Shown here one piece after another: positions 35,283-45,747 of a DNA stretch of 51,483 nucleotides (positions are counted from its first letter, which is position 1; each line of letters opens with the position of its first letter). The notes under the pieces are model-generated. The model made no database searches. It was given only the letters and a program-made list of their open reading frames with translations, and had not been told where the DNA came from. Location of the stretch: positions 1-51,483 of the forward strand of contig CAYRWQ010000003.1 of the NCBI GenBank assembly GCA_964428075.1. Reading direction: 5' to 3'. Position numbers and translations under genes: made by a program. The DNA is from an uncultured Bdellovibrionales bacterium (GTDB taxonomy: Bacteria; Patescibacteriota; Minisyncoccia; Moranbacterales; UBA1568).

Positions 35283-35356
35283 AATAAGTCTTCAAAGACG
35301 AAATGGTCTCAACTCCTCGACCAGAAAGACTCTGATTCAGATGATCTCCTTCGAAA

Positions 35357-36592
35357 CTATGGCAATGCTTGGAACAATGCCTTGATCTGATCATAATTGT
35401 CTCCCCGAGGCAAAAGAATGTACCCCGCGGACGGATCATTCTTCTCCGGATGATAGAGAAGCCCTTGCTCAGTGGTATCAAGCACTCTTGACTCCGGACG
35501 CACATCACCTCCTGTCACAAAAATATCAAACAAACGCTGCATCTCCCAAGCCTCAAGATTGGTTCGAACATTGTTCCCAAGACTATCCATCATGCCGATC
35601 ACCTTATCAAAGCTCGTGAGTGTCCCCGCGCTCAAAGCTTGCTTCTTGATCGCATCAATTACCAGATGCTGGCGTTTGGCACGTTCGAAATCATTAGAGG
35701 TTTTTCGAGATCGAGCAAAACACAAAGCTGTATCACCATCTAGAACATTTTCTCCCGCTGGGAGTTTGAAATTTCCGTTACACTCAACATTCGGGTTGTA
35801 GCAAAGTGGATAGGCCTTCGCGATATAACGTGTTCCCTGAAGACGGGTATGATACTTATACTCATACTGTGGCGGATTCGTAGGTACAGTGAACACATAC
35901 GGATCGCAGACCTTCGCCTCGCGAAACTGGAGTGACTCCTCAAAAGGTTGCTCGAGGTTAATTTTCACTCCACCAATCGCATTCACCAAATCCTTGAAAC
36001 CCTGAAAATTAATGGTAACCGCATAGGGGATATCAAGCCCGCTCACCTCACCAATAACGGTTCGCATATCTTCCATCCCTCCGCTACCTGGCTTCCTCTC
36101 TTCACCCAATGCATAAATCGCGTTGATCTTTCGATGCTCGTCACGCTGAGGCACCTTCACATACAAATCACGTGGAATCGAAATCAGTGACGCGCGCGTC
36201 GTCTCCTGATCGTTCTGTTTTGGGCGAATAGAGAGCACCATGATCGTATCAGCCAAGAGTCCTCCGCCGACCACACCTTCCCCGCGCATTCCGAGCAATA
36301 CAATATTAACCCGACCACCTTCTTCCCCCTGAAGTTTTTTCTCAACTCCAGGCAGATTTTTGACTAAACTTTTAAAAAGACTCGCATTGCCACCAGAAAC
36401 CTTATCCAATAATACTCCAGTTTTCCAAGCAACCGCACCTCCTATTAACGCAAGACATACGAGGATCGCCAAAACAATCCACCACTTCCGTCGCCCTGAT
36501 TTTTTTGTAACGGTCTCATTCGCCACCGAATTCGCCGTAACTTCGTGCCTATCGTATTTATTCCGCATAGCAATCCAATAATAATTGAGCAC
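35357..36592 (-). CDS. LytR-CpsA-Psr (LCP) family glycopolymer transferase
   Basis: It has an N-terminal TM anchor, then VNIVLLGMRGEG...ADTIMVLSIRP...ASLISIPRDLYV...INAIYALG, the LCP core pattern. The start may be ATG 36568. Either start overlaps the upstream gene's end. Confidence 0.85.
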   Translation of the reverse strand: MLNYYWIAMRNKYDRHEVTANSVANETVTKKSGRRKWWIVLAILVCLALIGGAVAWKTGVLLDKVSGGNASLFKSLVKNLPGVEKKLQGEEGGRVNIVLLGMRGEGVVGGGLLADTIMVLSIRPKQNDQETTRASLISIPRDLYVKVPQRDEHRKINAIYALGEERKPGSGGMEDMRTVIGEVSGLDIPYAVTINFQGFKDLVNAIGGVKINLEQPFEESLQFREAKVCDPYVFTVPTNPPQYEYKYHTRLQGTRYIAKAYPLCYNPNVECNGNFKLPAGENVLDGDTALCFARSRKTSNDFERAKRQHLVIDAIKKQALSAGTLTSFDKVIGMMDSLGNNVRTNLEAWEMQRLFDIFVTGGDVRPESRVLDTTEQGLLYHPEKNDPSAGYILLPRGDNYDQIKALFQALP

Positions 36593-37700
36593 TTTTCCGC
36601 CACGAGAACTGTCTCAAAAGAAAATATCCCGCTTCAGTGGAGCGCTTTCTCTGGCCAAAGTCAATAGTAAGAGTGTACAGGATGTCAGCACAAACATCAA
36701 CCCTCAATGGATCAAAATAGAGCGCTGCATCACGAGCTACTTCTCGAAAAGCAGGGATATCTGAAACCGCGAGAGGCGTATGTTGACTCATGGCCTCCAG
36801 AAGCGGAATACCAAATCCCTCATACAGGGACGGGCACGCACACACCAGCGCGCCCCGTATCACAGCCGGAAGATCATCGGTGGTCACAAAACCTGGAAAT
36901 ACCACCCATTGACCCAGATCAAGCTCCGCCACAACGTGATCGATTGTATAATCAAAATGATGCGCCGACCTATTTCCTACTAGAACCAATGCGAGATTGG
37001 GGTCGCGCTTCCGCAGTTCTCCAAAGGCACGTATCAAGAATGGAAGATTCTTTCTTGGTTGTAGCGTACCGACAGCAAGAATATATCGCTCCGGTAAACG
37101 ATACCGACTCCGTACCCGCAGTACCTCATCCTCAGTGGCTTCCCGAGAAAACTCTTCACTACATGCGTTAGGCACTACCACTATTTTCTCTGATTTCACC
37201 CCGAAATACTTTGTGACTTCCTGCTTCGTAAACTGTGACGGAACAAGAATCGTATCAGCTCGACGAAGCGATCGCGGAATCAAAAGAGCGAGAAAAAGTC
37301 GATCTCGCCAATCGATATACCAAGGAAGAGCCGCAAAGGAAACATCATGTATATGTAGCAAGACCCGGGTTCTTCGAGGCACCAGTATAGGAAGAATATA
37401 CTGTGTATGAAAAACATCGACTCGCGTCTGCATCAGAAACAATGGCACTGAAAATAAATTCCAGATAAACCGATTCCGTCCGCCGATTGATGTGATGGTG
37501 ACATGCTGTCGACCAACAATACCGAGTTCGTGATGTAAAGTAGTCAGACGTCCACGATCCGTCTCATCCGTCAAAAGAACGTATTGATTTTCCTGATCAA
37601 GTGCTAAAACCTCCCTGGTAAGAGAACGAAAGACTGCTTCATCTCCAGTTCGCTTCTTTCCTAGTAATCTGATATCGATGGCGATAGTATTCATACTCAA
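36558..37700 (-). CDS. Glycosyltransferase family 1 (GT4-like)
   Basis: 380 aa. The C-terminal pattern is GFVTTDDLPAVIRGALVCACPSLYEGFGIPLLEAMSQHTPLAVSDIPAFREV (the E-x7-E region). Confidence 0.85.
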   Translation of the reverse strand: MSMNTIAIDIRLLGKKRTGDEAVFRSLTREVLALDQENQYVLLTDETDRGRLTTLHHELGIVGRQHVTITSIGGRNRFIWNLFSVPLFLMQTRVDVFHTQYILPILVPRRTRVLLHIHDVSFAALPWYIDWRDRLFLALLIPRSLRRADTILVPSQFTKQEVTKYFGVKSEKIVVVPNACSEEFSREATEDEVLRVRSRYRLPERYILAVGTLQPRKNLPFLIRAFGELRKRDPNLALVLVGNRSAHHFDYTIDHVVAELDLGQWVVFPGFVTTDDLPAVIRGALVCACPSLYEGFGIPLLEAMSQHTPLAVSDIPAFREVARDAALYFDPLRVDVCADILYTLTIDFGQRKRSTEAGYFLLRQFSWRKSAQLLLDCYAE

Positions 37701-37797
37701 GTATTCGTAAAAAAATCGGCGATGTCAGTCCGAAAGTGTATGCCTTATCGCGATATACTCGGACAGGCCTCGCACCAACAAACTTACCAAAGACGTA

Positions 37798-39375
37798 TCA
37801 GGCCCGTCTATGAAACAATACCCCACCAAGACCGACAAAGAAAAAGAAAAAACCAAGAAAGATACCGGAATTAAACAGATTAAATATCAAAAACCCGATC
37901 CACGTGAGATGAAAAAACAGAGAAAAAACAACTTCTGATTCAAAGAACCCATCTCCGGGAAAAACACGCCTACCCGACCCAAGACCGATAGTGAACCAGA
38001 GAAACACGAATGCCACGAAGCCAAGCAGACCACTCCCCAACCAGAATTCCAGAAACATATTGCTCGCATTGAGAAGAGTGCCACGCTCATCGGTTCCCAG
38101 CCGAACACCCACTCCTCCCCAGCCGATACCCTTCCATGGATGTTCCTGTACCAAATGGGCAGACTGAACATACACCGACTGCCGCACTGACACATTGGGA
38201 TCTATACGCTCAATTTCTTCAACGCTGTACCCAGCCGCTCTCATCTCATCTCGCTCTTCCAAACGGATATGCTGACAACCATATTGTTCCAAGTCCGCTC
38301 TTCCTCCTACGAATGCCGGGACTCGACCGGCTTCAAAACAAGCCACGGTAATTTTCTCTCTCCCGCTTGTGGAAAGCATTCGGTCAAACACGGAAAAAGA
38401 CGAGAGATGCAATACCGGTACTGCCATCAACGACAAGCCCACCACGCATCCTGTGCCAATCAGCAGACGCAAAGCACGTTCCCATTCGCCTCGTTTTCCG
38501 AAGTTCATTACAGTCACCACTGTAAAAAACAATCCCATTCCCACAAAACCGAGCCAGGCGCTCCGTGTCATCGATATCCACAAGACTAATGTACCAAAAA
38601 ATAAAATCAGAAACGGCAACACCATTTGCAGAGCAGATTTCCGACGCCCTACTATCTGGTAAAGCCATGCCAGGGCGATTGCAATGGGGAAAAGCAAATA
38701 CATCCCTAACCAGTCTGGCTCGGTGAATGTGCTATTCGGCCTGCCAGCCATCACCTCAAAACTCGAGTGACCATAGACAAAGAGAATGCTTTGTATTAAC
38801 GACCAAAGTACAACCACTGCAAATGAAGACAAAACAAACGGCAATAATGATACCATGGCGTGTTCCGTCCGTACGAACAGCCGCACTACAAACAATAACG
38901 CCACCAGACTCACTAACACCAATGAGAGTTTCAAGGCTAAACCGGGAGATGCTGCACTGCTAACCGACCAGAATGCTCCAGCTACAAGCAATGGCGGCAG
39001 CGCGTCTATCCATCGTATACGCAACGATGGCACCACTGGCCGTCTCAACAGCGTACGAGCACCCACCGCTCCTAAGAGGAGTATCATGAGCCACTGATAC
39101 GGACGCAAAGATATGCCAATTTCTGGTGGAGCGATATTCACTATCTCATATGGCAACATGCCGACGAACAACAGAAAGATCCAAATCGGGCGGTAGAGCG
39201 ATACCAGGAACACCAAAAAAGAGAAAAAAATGAAATTACCCAGCTTGAAAGGCAGTCCGCCAGTCAATGACAGGTACAAACCGGCCGCGCCGAATCCGAC
39301 ATTCGCAAGTATCAATATCACCTTGATACGATGCCGCAGGACAAAAAGCCAGGCGATACGGATATTCTCTTTCAT
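37798..39375 (-). CDS. O-antigen ligase/polymerase-like polytopic membrane protein (second copy)
   Basis: It has at least 10 TM helices, an MTRSAWLG segment and a large periplasmic-type loop. ATG 39375 forms an ATGA overlap with the upstream GT1 stop (39374-39372). Confidence 0.6.
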   Translation of the reverse strand: MKENIRIAWLFVLRHRIKVILILANVGFGAAGLYLSLTGGLPFKLGNFIFFSFLVFLVSLYRPIWIFLLFVGMLPYEIVNIAPPEIGISLRPYQWLMILLLGAVGARTLLRRPVVPSLRIRWIDALPPLLVAGAFWSVSSAASPGLALKLSLVLVSLVALLFVVRLFVRTEHAMVSLLPFVLSSFAVVVLWSLIQSILFVYGHSSFEVMAGRPNSTFTEPDWLGMYLLFPIAIALAWLYQIVGRRKSALQMVLPFLILFFGTLVLWISMTRSAWLGFVGMGLFFTVVTVMNFGKRGEWERALRLLIGTGCVVGLSLMAVPVLHLSSFSVFDRMLSTSGREKITVACFEAGRVPAFVGGRADLEQYGCQHIRLEERDEMRAAGYSVEEIERIDPNVSVRQSVYVQSAHLVQEHPWKGIGWGGVGVRLGTDERGTLLNASNMFLEFWLGSGLLGFVAFVFLWFTIGLGSGRRVFPGDGFFESEVVFSLFFHLTWIGFLIFNLFNSGIFLGFFFFFVGLGGVLFHRRA

Positions 39376-40559
39376 AAGGAGGCAAAACACAACCGCGCGA
39401 TCCGTTCCGTAAATTGCGCATATGAAAAACGCCGCGCCTGTTGCTGTCCCTGTTGAACAAGTATCTCGCGAAGTTTCTTTTCTGTGAGTAAACGATCCAT
39501 GGCTATAGCGATGGCTAAGAAATCCTCCGGATCAACCAAAAGTGCTGCCTCACCGCACACCTCTGGGAGCGATGCGACCGAAGATGCGATCACTGGACAC
39601 TTCATAGACATTGCCTCGAGTACCGGCAACCCGAAACCCTCATACCGCGAAGGATATACAAACATTTTTGCGCCTCGATACAGTGCCGGCAGGTCCCTTT
39701 CCGGTACACGACCAAGCAATTTCACGCGCTCACCAAGGCCAAGTTCAGCAATCAGACTCGCAACATCGGTAGCCAACACGTTCGTTTTCGCATGCACTGT
39801 CCCCGAAATTACGAGAGGCGGTATCGAAGACAAGCGTTTTTTATGCTCCTGATACAACGCAGCATACGCTCGAAGCACTCCTTCTGTGTTCTTCCGTATT
39901 TCAAGTCCACCGCCATGATACAGATAGCCTTGCTTCAAACCATATTTCGTCAACACACGCCCCACCTCGCCATCCAAAGGTACGTGCTCAAACACAGCGG
40001 CTATACCAGGATGCGCGACAGCAATGCGCTGTGCATCAATTTCGAAATACGCGATGAGATCATTGCGAGTTGACTGTGACACTGCCACAATCAGATCTGC
40101 TGCTCGTATCCCACGCTCAATCGCACGCCAATGCAATTCCTGCGAAAACTTCTGCCTGTATATTGGAAAAATACGCGGAATAATATCATGCACTAACATG
40201 ATATGTCGTACAGAGAATGCATCATCGAATATGGTAGCTGATTGCGAAAGACTCACAAACACCTCACAACCGTCCCGAACTGCCTCTCGAGATACCTGCT
40301 CTTCCCATAACCATTGCCGCAACACATCATCGCGTCTCCACAGGCGAGGGAGAAAGATCTTAACCGCAAAAGAAGCCGGCAAACTTACCCCGACTGGTTC
40401 TTCCTGTACATAGAGCACTATCTCATGTTGGCGATTCGTAATTTCATCAGAAAACAGTGTGTTCAACTCCTCCAGAAAATTCAAAACCACCTGACCGATT
40501 CCCGTAGCAGGTTTGCGCAAAAATGATGCATCAATCCCAATTCTCATATATATACCCAT
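39372..40559 (-). CDS. Glycosyltransferase family 1 (GT4-like)
   Basis: It has MRIGIDASFLRKPATGIGQ at the N-terminus and the C-terminal YRGAKMFVYPSRYEGFGLPVLEAMSMKCPVIASSVASLPEV. The start may be 40547. Confidence 0.85.
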   Translation of the reverse strand: MGIYMRIGIDASFLRKPATGIGQVVLNFLEELNTLFSDEITNRQHEIVLYVQEEPVGVSLPASFAVKIFLPRLWRRDDVLRQWLWEEQVSREAVRDGCEVFVSLSQSATIFDDAFSVRHIMLVHDIIPRIFPIYRQKFSQELHWRAIERGIRAADLIVAVSQSTRNDLIAYFEIDAQRIAVAHPGIAAVFEHVPLDGEVGRVLTKYGLKQGYLYHGGGLEIRKNTEGVLRAYAALYQEHKKRLSSIPPLVISGTVHAKTNVLATDVASLIAELGLGERVKLLGRVPERDLPALYRGAKMFVYPSRYEGFGLPVLEAMSMKCPVIASSVASLPEVCGEAALLVDPEDFLAIAIAMDRLLTEKKLREILVQQGQQQARRFSYAQFTERIARLCFASL

Positions 40560-40610
40560 TGTACCAAGACAATGAGAAAAAACCAGAGGGGGTAAACTCT
40601 CTACACCACA

Positions 40611-41828
40611 CTACAGAAGGACCGGGATATCCTGAACGAGGCTACCACGATCAATGGTCAATGTGATCGTATCACCCGACCGGAAGGGAACGAGTAAGAC
40701 TGAAAGTGGGCTGGTCAAAGTAACTGCTTCACCATTCACGGCTACCACAATATCATTGACCCGCAATCCTGCTTTTTCGCCTGCTTTGCCAGCAATTAGC
40801 GCAAGTCCGGCCCTACCAGATGGCGAATAGATCAGCGCGCCCTCTGTCCGCTCCAAATCGTGCTGCAACGCATATGTTCGCGTTAATGAAAGATAATAGG
40901 TGCCGAGAACCGGACGTTGCGCTCCCTCCAAAATAAAATCCAATGACCATTGTATTGCTTTTCCGGGTACAATAAATGTCTGCTGAACATTATCCAATAA
41001 GAGACTACCAACTATGCCAAGCATTTCCCCGTTATACTGAATGACCGGGCCTCCAATAAAATCCGAGGCCGATCTAAAATCAGCACGAAATACACCTTCC
41101 CATTTCTCTGATGATGACACCGTTTTTCCGGAAAGATTAAAGGTGAAGTCCTTGACATTGAGTACGCCGGTAATGAAACGATTCTGATGTGCCTGATCGG
41201 CTCGCGCAAGCGCAATCAACTTTTTCCCTACAATCGCATCATCCGAATTTGCAAATGAAATCGATGGAGCATCCACGACATCAATACGAAAAAAAGCCAA
41301 ATTCGTCAGAGGATCCCAGCCAATAAAATACGCCTCGTGATGCGACCCATCAAAAAGAAGCGCAATATAACTCGACTCGTTAACCGGTACAGCAGTCTCA
41401 CGATACGTCACAATCACCCCGTCATTTGTCAAAAGAGTGCCAATCATAACCGACCGATCCTGAGACACGCTTCTCTGAGGAGACTTTGCTGCAACCTTTT
41501 CAATAAGAGTAACCACTGCGGTCGCTGGCTGAGAAACCACAGTTCCCAGCGTATCATCTTCACGAACCGTTATCTGTTCAGTTTTATTGATAATAGTCAC
41601 ATTATCGGCCGCTCGTTTCAAGAAACCGACTCGATCTAACCCTTGTTGCACTGACAACCAAGGTAAAAAGGACCGTCCAATGAATACGCCGCCTATACCG
41701 CCAAGCAAAAAAATCCCAAAAACGATACTGATCCATTTGATTATCAAGCGCCATTTCATATACCGTGTTTCGTGTCTTACAAATAAATCAAAAAATCTCA
41801 GAGAGACATACAGTACCACATCCATCAT
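40611..41828 (-). CDS. HtrA/DegP-like protein with PDZ domain but no Ser-His-Asp triad (predicted pseudoprotease)
   Basis: It has a TM anchor, a trypsin-like fold region and a PDZ domain (AGEKAGLRVNDIVVAVNGE). Against the canonical paralog at 45748..47076, TNKHVV becomes TYRETA, DIAVLRI becomes NLAFFRI, and GNSGGP becomes DFIGGP. The start may be 41759 (MKWRLIIKW). Confidence 0.7.
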   Translation of the reverse strand: MMDVVLYVSLRFFDLFVRHETRYMKWRLIIKWISIVFGIFLLGGIGGVFIGRSFLPWLSVQQGLDRVGFLKRAADNVTIINKTEQITVREDDTLGTVVSQPATAVVTLIEKVAAKSPQRSVSQDRSVMIGTLLTNDGVIVTYRETAVPVNESSYIALLFDGSHHEAYFIGWDPLTNLAFFRIDVVDAPSISFANSDDAIVGKKLIALARADQAHQNRFITGVLNVKDFTFNLSGKTVSSSEKWEGVFRADFRSASDFIGGPVIQYNGEMLGIVGSLLLDNVQQTFIVPGKAIQWSLDFILEGAQRPVLGTYYLSLTRTYALQHDLERTEGALIYSPSGRAGLALIAGKAGEKAGLRVNDIVVAVNGEAVTLTSPLSVLLVPFRSGDTITLTIDRGSLVQDIPVLL

Positions 41829-41841
41829 CCCCTATCAAGGG

Positions 41842-42597
41842 TCATCCCAAAATGCGCCAAGGAGTACTTGCGAGCAACAATAATACCAAAGCCAGAAGAA
41901 ACAAGATACGCAACACCGCACGTTTCATCGAAAGTTCACCACAGAAACTAATGAAGGCGATATCCCAAAAAATAGTATAAAAAATAAGCGCGATTGCTCC
42001 AGTCGTCAGATATCCAAACGGCCAGAATCCAAACGCCCAGGCACATTCTCCCATGACGAGTCCAATGACAAGGCTATATAAGAGAACGCGCTTCCGATCA
42101 TGGCGTTCACGATGCAGAAAAGTCTGATAACTCACTGCTACTGTCCCAAAGAAAAAAAGTACCATCAATCCCCACAATGGAAAATTGAAATTCACATAAA
42201 ATCCGTAAATACCTGAGTAGAAGAAAAAAACGGCTGTCATAACGGTTATCGAGAGTAAGGATTGCGCCGTCTGATCAGTCGGCGCAAATCGTAACCGATA
42301 AAGCGCAAGGAGACAAATATAATATATGACACCCGAAATGACCACAAAGAAATCACGCTCAATCGGTGCGTCGATAAGGGATAACAGTATCGGATCCGTC
42401 ACAGACAATAAGATCGGTAACGCAGCATCCGTTATCCGATGCGTAATACGCCGCGCCGAGACCAGCGAAATAAACACTAATGGTCCAATCGCAGCCAGGT
42501 ACCAGCTCCATTCCAAGGCCACATCTCTCTGCGCAACAAACCACAACCCAGCAGAAAAGACACACGACCAAAATAACACTGTGAAATGGAATATCAT
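41842..42597 (-). CDS. Hypothetical polytopic membrane protein (251 aa, about 7-8 TM)
   Basis: It is strongly hydrophobic throughout, sits between clpB and the HtrA-like gene on the same strand, and ends 14 nt before the next ORF. I recognise no family. Confidence 0.55.
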   Translation of the reverse strand: MIFHFTVLFWSCVFSAGLWFVAQRDVALEWSWYLAAIGPLVFISLVSARRITHRITDAALPILLSVTDPILLSLIDAPIERDFFVVISGVIYYICLLALYRLRFAPTDQTAQSLLSITVMTAVFFFYSGIYGFYVNFNFPLWGLMVLFFFGTVAVSYQTFLHRERHDRKRVLLYSLVIGLVMGECAWAFGFWPFGYLTTGAIALIFYTIFWDIAFISFCGELSMKRAVLRILFLLALVLLLLASTPWRILG

Positions 42598-42661
42598 GTA
42601 GGTAGAGAAAAAAACACACCTTCAGCTTAGAACAGGTAGCCAGAAAAACAAGTGCCCATCA

Positions 42662-45310
42662 TCACTTTTGCTTCAATTTCTTGGGAACATACCGAACCTG
42701 AAAAACAATCCGGTCTTCCTGTAGTGATGCTTTGAGCGTCTGACCAGGAGTAAATTTCTTCTCCAGCATATCAAGTGCCAAGCGATCGAGGATTTCATTC
42801 TGAATCACTCGTTTGAGTGGCCGAGCCCCGTACAACGGATCATACCCTCGATCAGTCACATACTTCCGTACCGCCTCCGACCACTCTACCCTAATCTCTC
42901 GACTTATCAATCGTTTGTCAAGCTTCGAAAACTCCGCATCCGCGATACGTCGCAATACCATCTTAGATAAGGGATGGAACATCACTACCTCATCGATCCG
43001 ATTTAGAAATTCTGGACGAAATGTCTCCTTCAGACTTGTCATGATCTTCGCCTTGATATCCTCTTCTCGCGTATCATCTCGCTCCTCTCGCGTACCCTGA
43101 AAACCAAAGTGCTGCATACGCAAAAGCACGTCCGAGCCAACGTTCGATGTCATGATAATCACGCTGTTCTTAAAATTCACAACACGACCCTTCGCGTCAG
43201 TGAGGCGCCCGTCATCCAAAATCTGCAGGAAAATATTAAAAACATCCGGGTGTGCCTTTTCGATTTCATCAAACAAAATGACGCTATAAGGACGACGTCG
43301 AATACTTTCAGTCAGTTGCCCGCCTTCATCATATCCGATATACCCTGGAGGCGAACCAATCAGCTTCGCAGTAGCATGCGCTTCCATATACTCACTCATA
43401 TCCACTCGCACCAAAGCCCGTTCATCATCAAACAGAAAAGCTGCTAGCGCCTTAGCCAGTTCAGTTTTTCCGACACCGGTCATCCCAAGAAACATAAATG
43501 ATCCGATAGGTCGACCTTCCTCAGCCAATCCCGTACGCGAACGCCGAATCGCATTCGCTACCACGCGAATCGCCTCGTCCTGTCCAATGACTCGTTGCCC
43601 GAGTACCTCTTCCATATGTGTCAGTTTCTCCTCTTCCTTTTCCAACATTTTTTTGATTGGCACTCCGGTCCAACGTGACACAACCGCCGCGATCTCCTCT
43701 TCGGTAATCTCTTCACGCAAAATGGATCCAGTCTTTTGAAGACCACTCAATTTCCTTTCCTCATTTTTCATTCTCTTTTCAGTCTCCGGAATGCGTCCAT
43801 AACGGATCTCAGCCACCCGGTCAAGTTCTCCTCGCCGCTCCGCGCCATCTGCCTCAGAACGATACCGGTCAATTTCTTCCTTGCAGGCACGGATAGCCGT
43901 AATCAACTCCCGCTCCGCCTTCCATTGAAGTAAAAATCGCTGACTCCGCTCACGTAACTCAGACAACTCCCGGTTGATACCAGAGATTTTCTTCTTCACT
44001 GATCCGTCCTGATCCTTCTCCAGCGCTCGCTTCTCGATTTCTAACCGGCGAATATTCCGCTCAAGCTGGTCAAGGTCTTCCGGCATGGAATCTATTTCCA
44101 TCCGACGAAGCGAAGCGGCCTCGTCAATCAAATCAATCGCTTTATCCGGTAAGAACCGATCGCTAATATAGCGACGGGACAAACGGACAGCTGAAATGAG
44201 CGCGTCGTCGTCTATCTTAACGCCATGATGCAATTCATACTTTTCCTTAATGCCGCGTAAAATGGCGATAGCGTCTGCCTCAGATGGTTCGCTTACCGAT
44301 ACCGGCTGAAAACGTCGTTCAAAAGCTGCGTCTTTTTCAATATATTTTTGATACTCCTTGAGAGTCGTCGCGCCAATGGTACGTAATTTTCCCCGCGCCA
44401 ATGCTGGTTTGAGCATATTCGACGCGTCTAACGCGCCTTCAGTTGCGCCCGCCCCGACCAAAGTATGCAATTCATCGATAAAAAGAATAAAGTGATCCGC
44501 CGAACGCTCCACTTCCTTAAGTATCGCTTTCAATCGTTCCTCGAATTCCCCACGGAACTTCGCTCCGGCCAACAGAGATCCGAGATCAAGCGAGATAATC
44601 TCTTTCCCCTTCAAACTCTCTGGCACATCCCCTAACACAATCCGTTGCGCCAATCCTTCAGCAATGGCTGTTTTTCCGGTACCGGCTTCACCAATCAAAA
44701 CAGGATTGTTTTTTGTTCGGCGCGAAAGCACTTGCATGACCCGACGAATCTCTTCATCGCGACCAATCACCGGATCGAGTTTCTCCTCACGAGCCAACTT
44801 GGTCAAATTGACTGCGTACTTCTCGAGTGCCTGATAGGTCTGCTCCGGTTCCTGACTCTCAACACGTTGATTGCCCCGCACTTCCTTCAACATGGTCAAT
44901 ACGACATCGTATTTGATATGCATATTCTCAAGTGAAGTCTTGATACGACTCGATACCAAAAGAATCGCCAACAAAAGATGTTCAGTCGAAACAAAAGTAT
45001 CACCGATTTTCTGCATTTCCTTTTCGGCCTCTGAAAACACTTGTGAGAAACTTGGTGCCAAATACAGTTGAACCAGCGCGCCCGATTCGGCTCGAGGGAA
45101 AGTATCGATCTCGCCCAATACACTGCCACGGACCGTGTCAATATCAATCCCTAATTTCCCAATCACGACAGGAACAATAGAATCTTCCTGCATAAGAAGC
45201 GCGTATGTGAGGTGCGCAATCTCCATCTGTGGGTTATTACGCGATAAGGCGATCTCCTGGGCATGTCGAAGCGCTTCCTGACTCTTGGTGGTAAATTTGT
45301 TGATATTCAT
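42662..45310 (-). CDS. clpB: ATP-dependent chaperone/disaggregase ClpB
   Basis: 882 aa. It has a Clp N-domain, two AAA+ modules ([15 protein letters not shown] and [17 protein letters not shown]) and a long coiled-coil middle domain between them, which is the ClpB hallmark. Confidence 0.97.
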   Translation of the reverse strand: MNINKFTTKSQEALRHAQEIALSRNNPQMEIAHLTYALLMQEDSIVPVVIGKLGIDIDTVRGSVLGEIDTFPRAESGALVQLYLAPSFSQVFSEAEKEMQKIGDTFVSTEHLLLAILLVSSRIKTSLENMHIKYDVVLTMLKEVRGNQRVESQEPEQTYQALEKYAVNLTKLAREEKLDPVIGRDEEIRRVMQVLSRRTKNNPVLIGEAGTGKTAIAEGLAQRIVLGDVPESLKGKEIISLDLGSLLAGAKFRGEFEERLKAILKEVERSADHFILFIDELHTLVGAGATEGALDASNMLKPALARGKLRTIGATTLKEYQKYIEKDAAFERRFQPVSVSEPSEADAIAILRGIKEKYELHHGVKIDDDALISAVRLSRRYISDRFLPDKAIDLIDEAASLRRMEIDSMPEDLDQLERNIRRLEIEKRALEKDQDGSVKKKISGINRELSELRERSQRFLLQWKAERELITAIRACKEEIDRYRSEADGAERRGELDRVAEIRYGRIPETEKRMKNEERKLSGLQKTGSILREEITEEEIAAVVSRWTGVPIKKMLEKEEEKLTHMEEVLGQRVIGQDEAIRVVANAIRRSRTGLAEEGRPIGSFMFLGMTGVGKTELAKALAAFLFDDERALVRVDMSEYMEAHATAKLIGSPPGYIGYDEGGQLTESIRRRPYSVILFDEIEKAHPDVFNIFLQILDDGRLTDAKGRVVNFKNSVIIMTSNVGSDVLLRMQHFGFQGTREERDDTREEDIKAKIMTSLKETFRPEFLNRIDEVVMFHPLSKMVLRRIADAEFSKLDKRLISREIRVEWSEAVRKYVTDRGYDPLYGARPLKRVIQNEILDRLALDMLEKKFTPGQTLKASLQEDRIVFQVRYVPKKLKQK

Positions 45311-45345
45311 AGGGTAAGAGCGTAGTACACAATTACAACACCCTC

Positions 45346-45374
45346 ATTCTACTCCAAAAACAAAAAATTAGCAA
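45346..45374 (-). promoter_or_regulatory. clpB promoter (TTGCTA-17 nt-TAGAAT) with its -35 inside the CIRCE arm
   Basis: On the minus strand, TTGCTA is at 45374-45369, the spacer is exactly 17 nt, and TAGAAT is at 45351-45346. This sits about 36 nt upstream of the clpB ATG. Confidence 0.55.
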
Positions 45375-45394
45375 TCTCATACCGAGAGTGCTAA
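45368..45394. promoter_or_regulatory. CIRCE operator, 17/18 match (minus strand TTAGCACTC-N9-GATTGCTAA)
   Basis: Read directly, the plus strand is TTAGCAATC TCATACCGA GAGTGCTAA, with a single mismatch in one arm. It lies 57 nt upstream of clpB. Confidence 0.85.
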
Positions 45395-45404
45395 TTTCAT
45401 CCCC

Positions 45405-45740
45405 TCACAAGCCTGCTACGCGGAAAACACAGTTCCCTTTCTCGGCCGCCCAGTCACGAAGCTCGCCAATCACCTGCTCCCGATCTGTCACGATGATATA
45501 AATCGTCTGAATGCCCCCTCCACTGAATTTAATTTCAAGCCCGACATGATTCACTCGATTCGCCCGAATGGACCGATGTCCACTTCTTCTTCCTGATTGA
45601 GCCGAAATGATCGAAGGTACGATTTTCTCTACCGATGCCAGTCTATTTAAAAACGATACTCCCTCAGCGGCAAAATTCGTATAGGTACTGTGCCGATGCG
45701 TTGTCTTAGAAAGCCCAATCACTCTGTGTTTCTTATTCAC
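45405..45740 (-). CDS. Hypothetical small basic protein (111 aa)
   Basis: The gene starts 8 nt after the htrA stop. It has His/Arg-rich segments (HRHSTYTN, SGRRSGHRSIRANRVNH) and GGGIQTIYIIV. It vaguely recalls DUF2103-type small proteins; this is from memory and unverified. Confidence 0.45.
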   Translation of the reverse strand: MNKKHRVIGLSKTTHRHSTYTNFAAEGVSFLNRLASVEKIVPSIISAQSGRRSGHRSIRANRVNHVGLEIKFSGGGIQTIYIIVTDREQVIGELRDWAAEKGNCVFRVAGL

Positions 45741-45747
45741 ACGCGCA

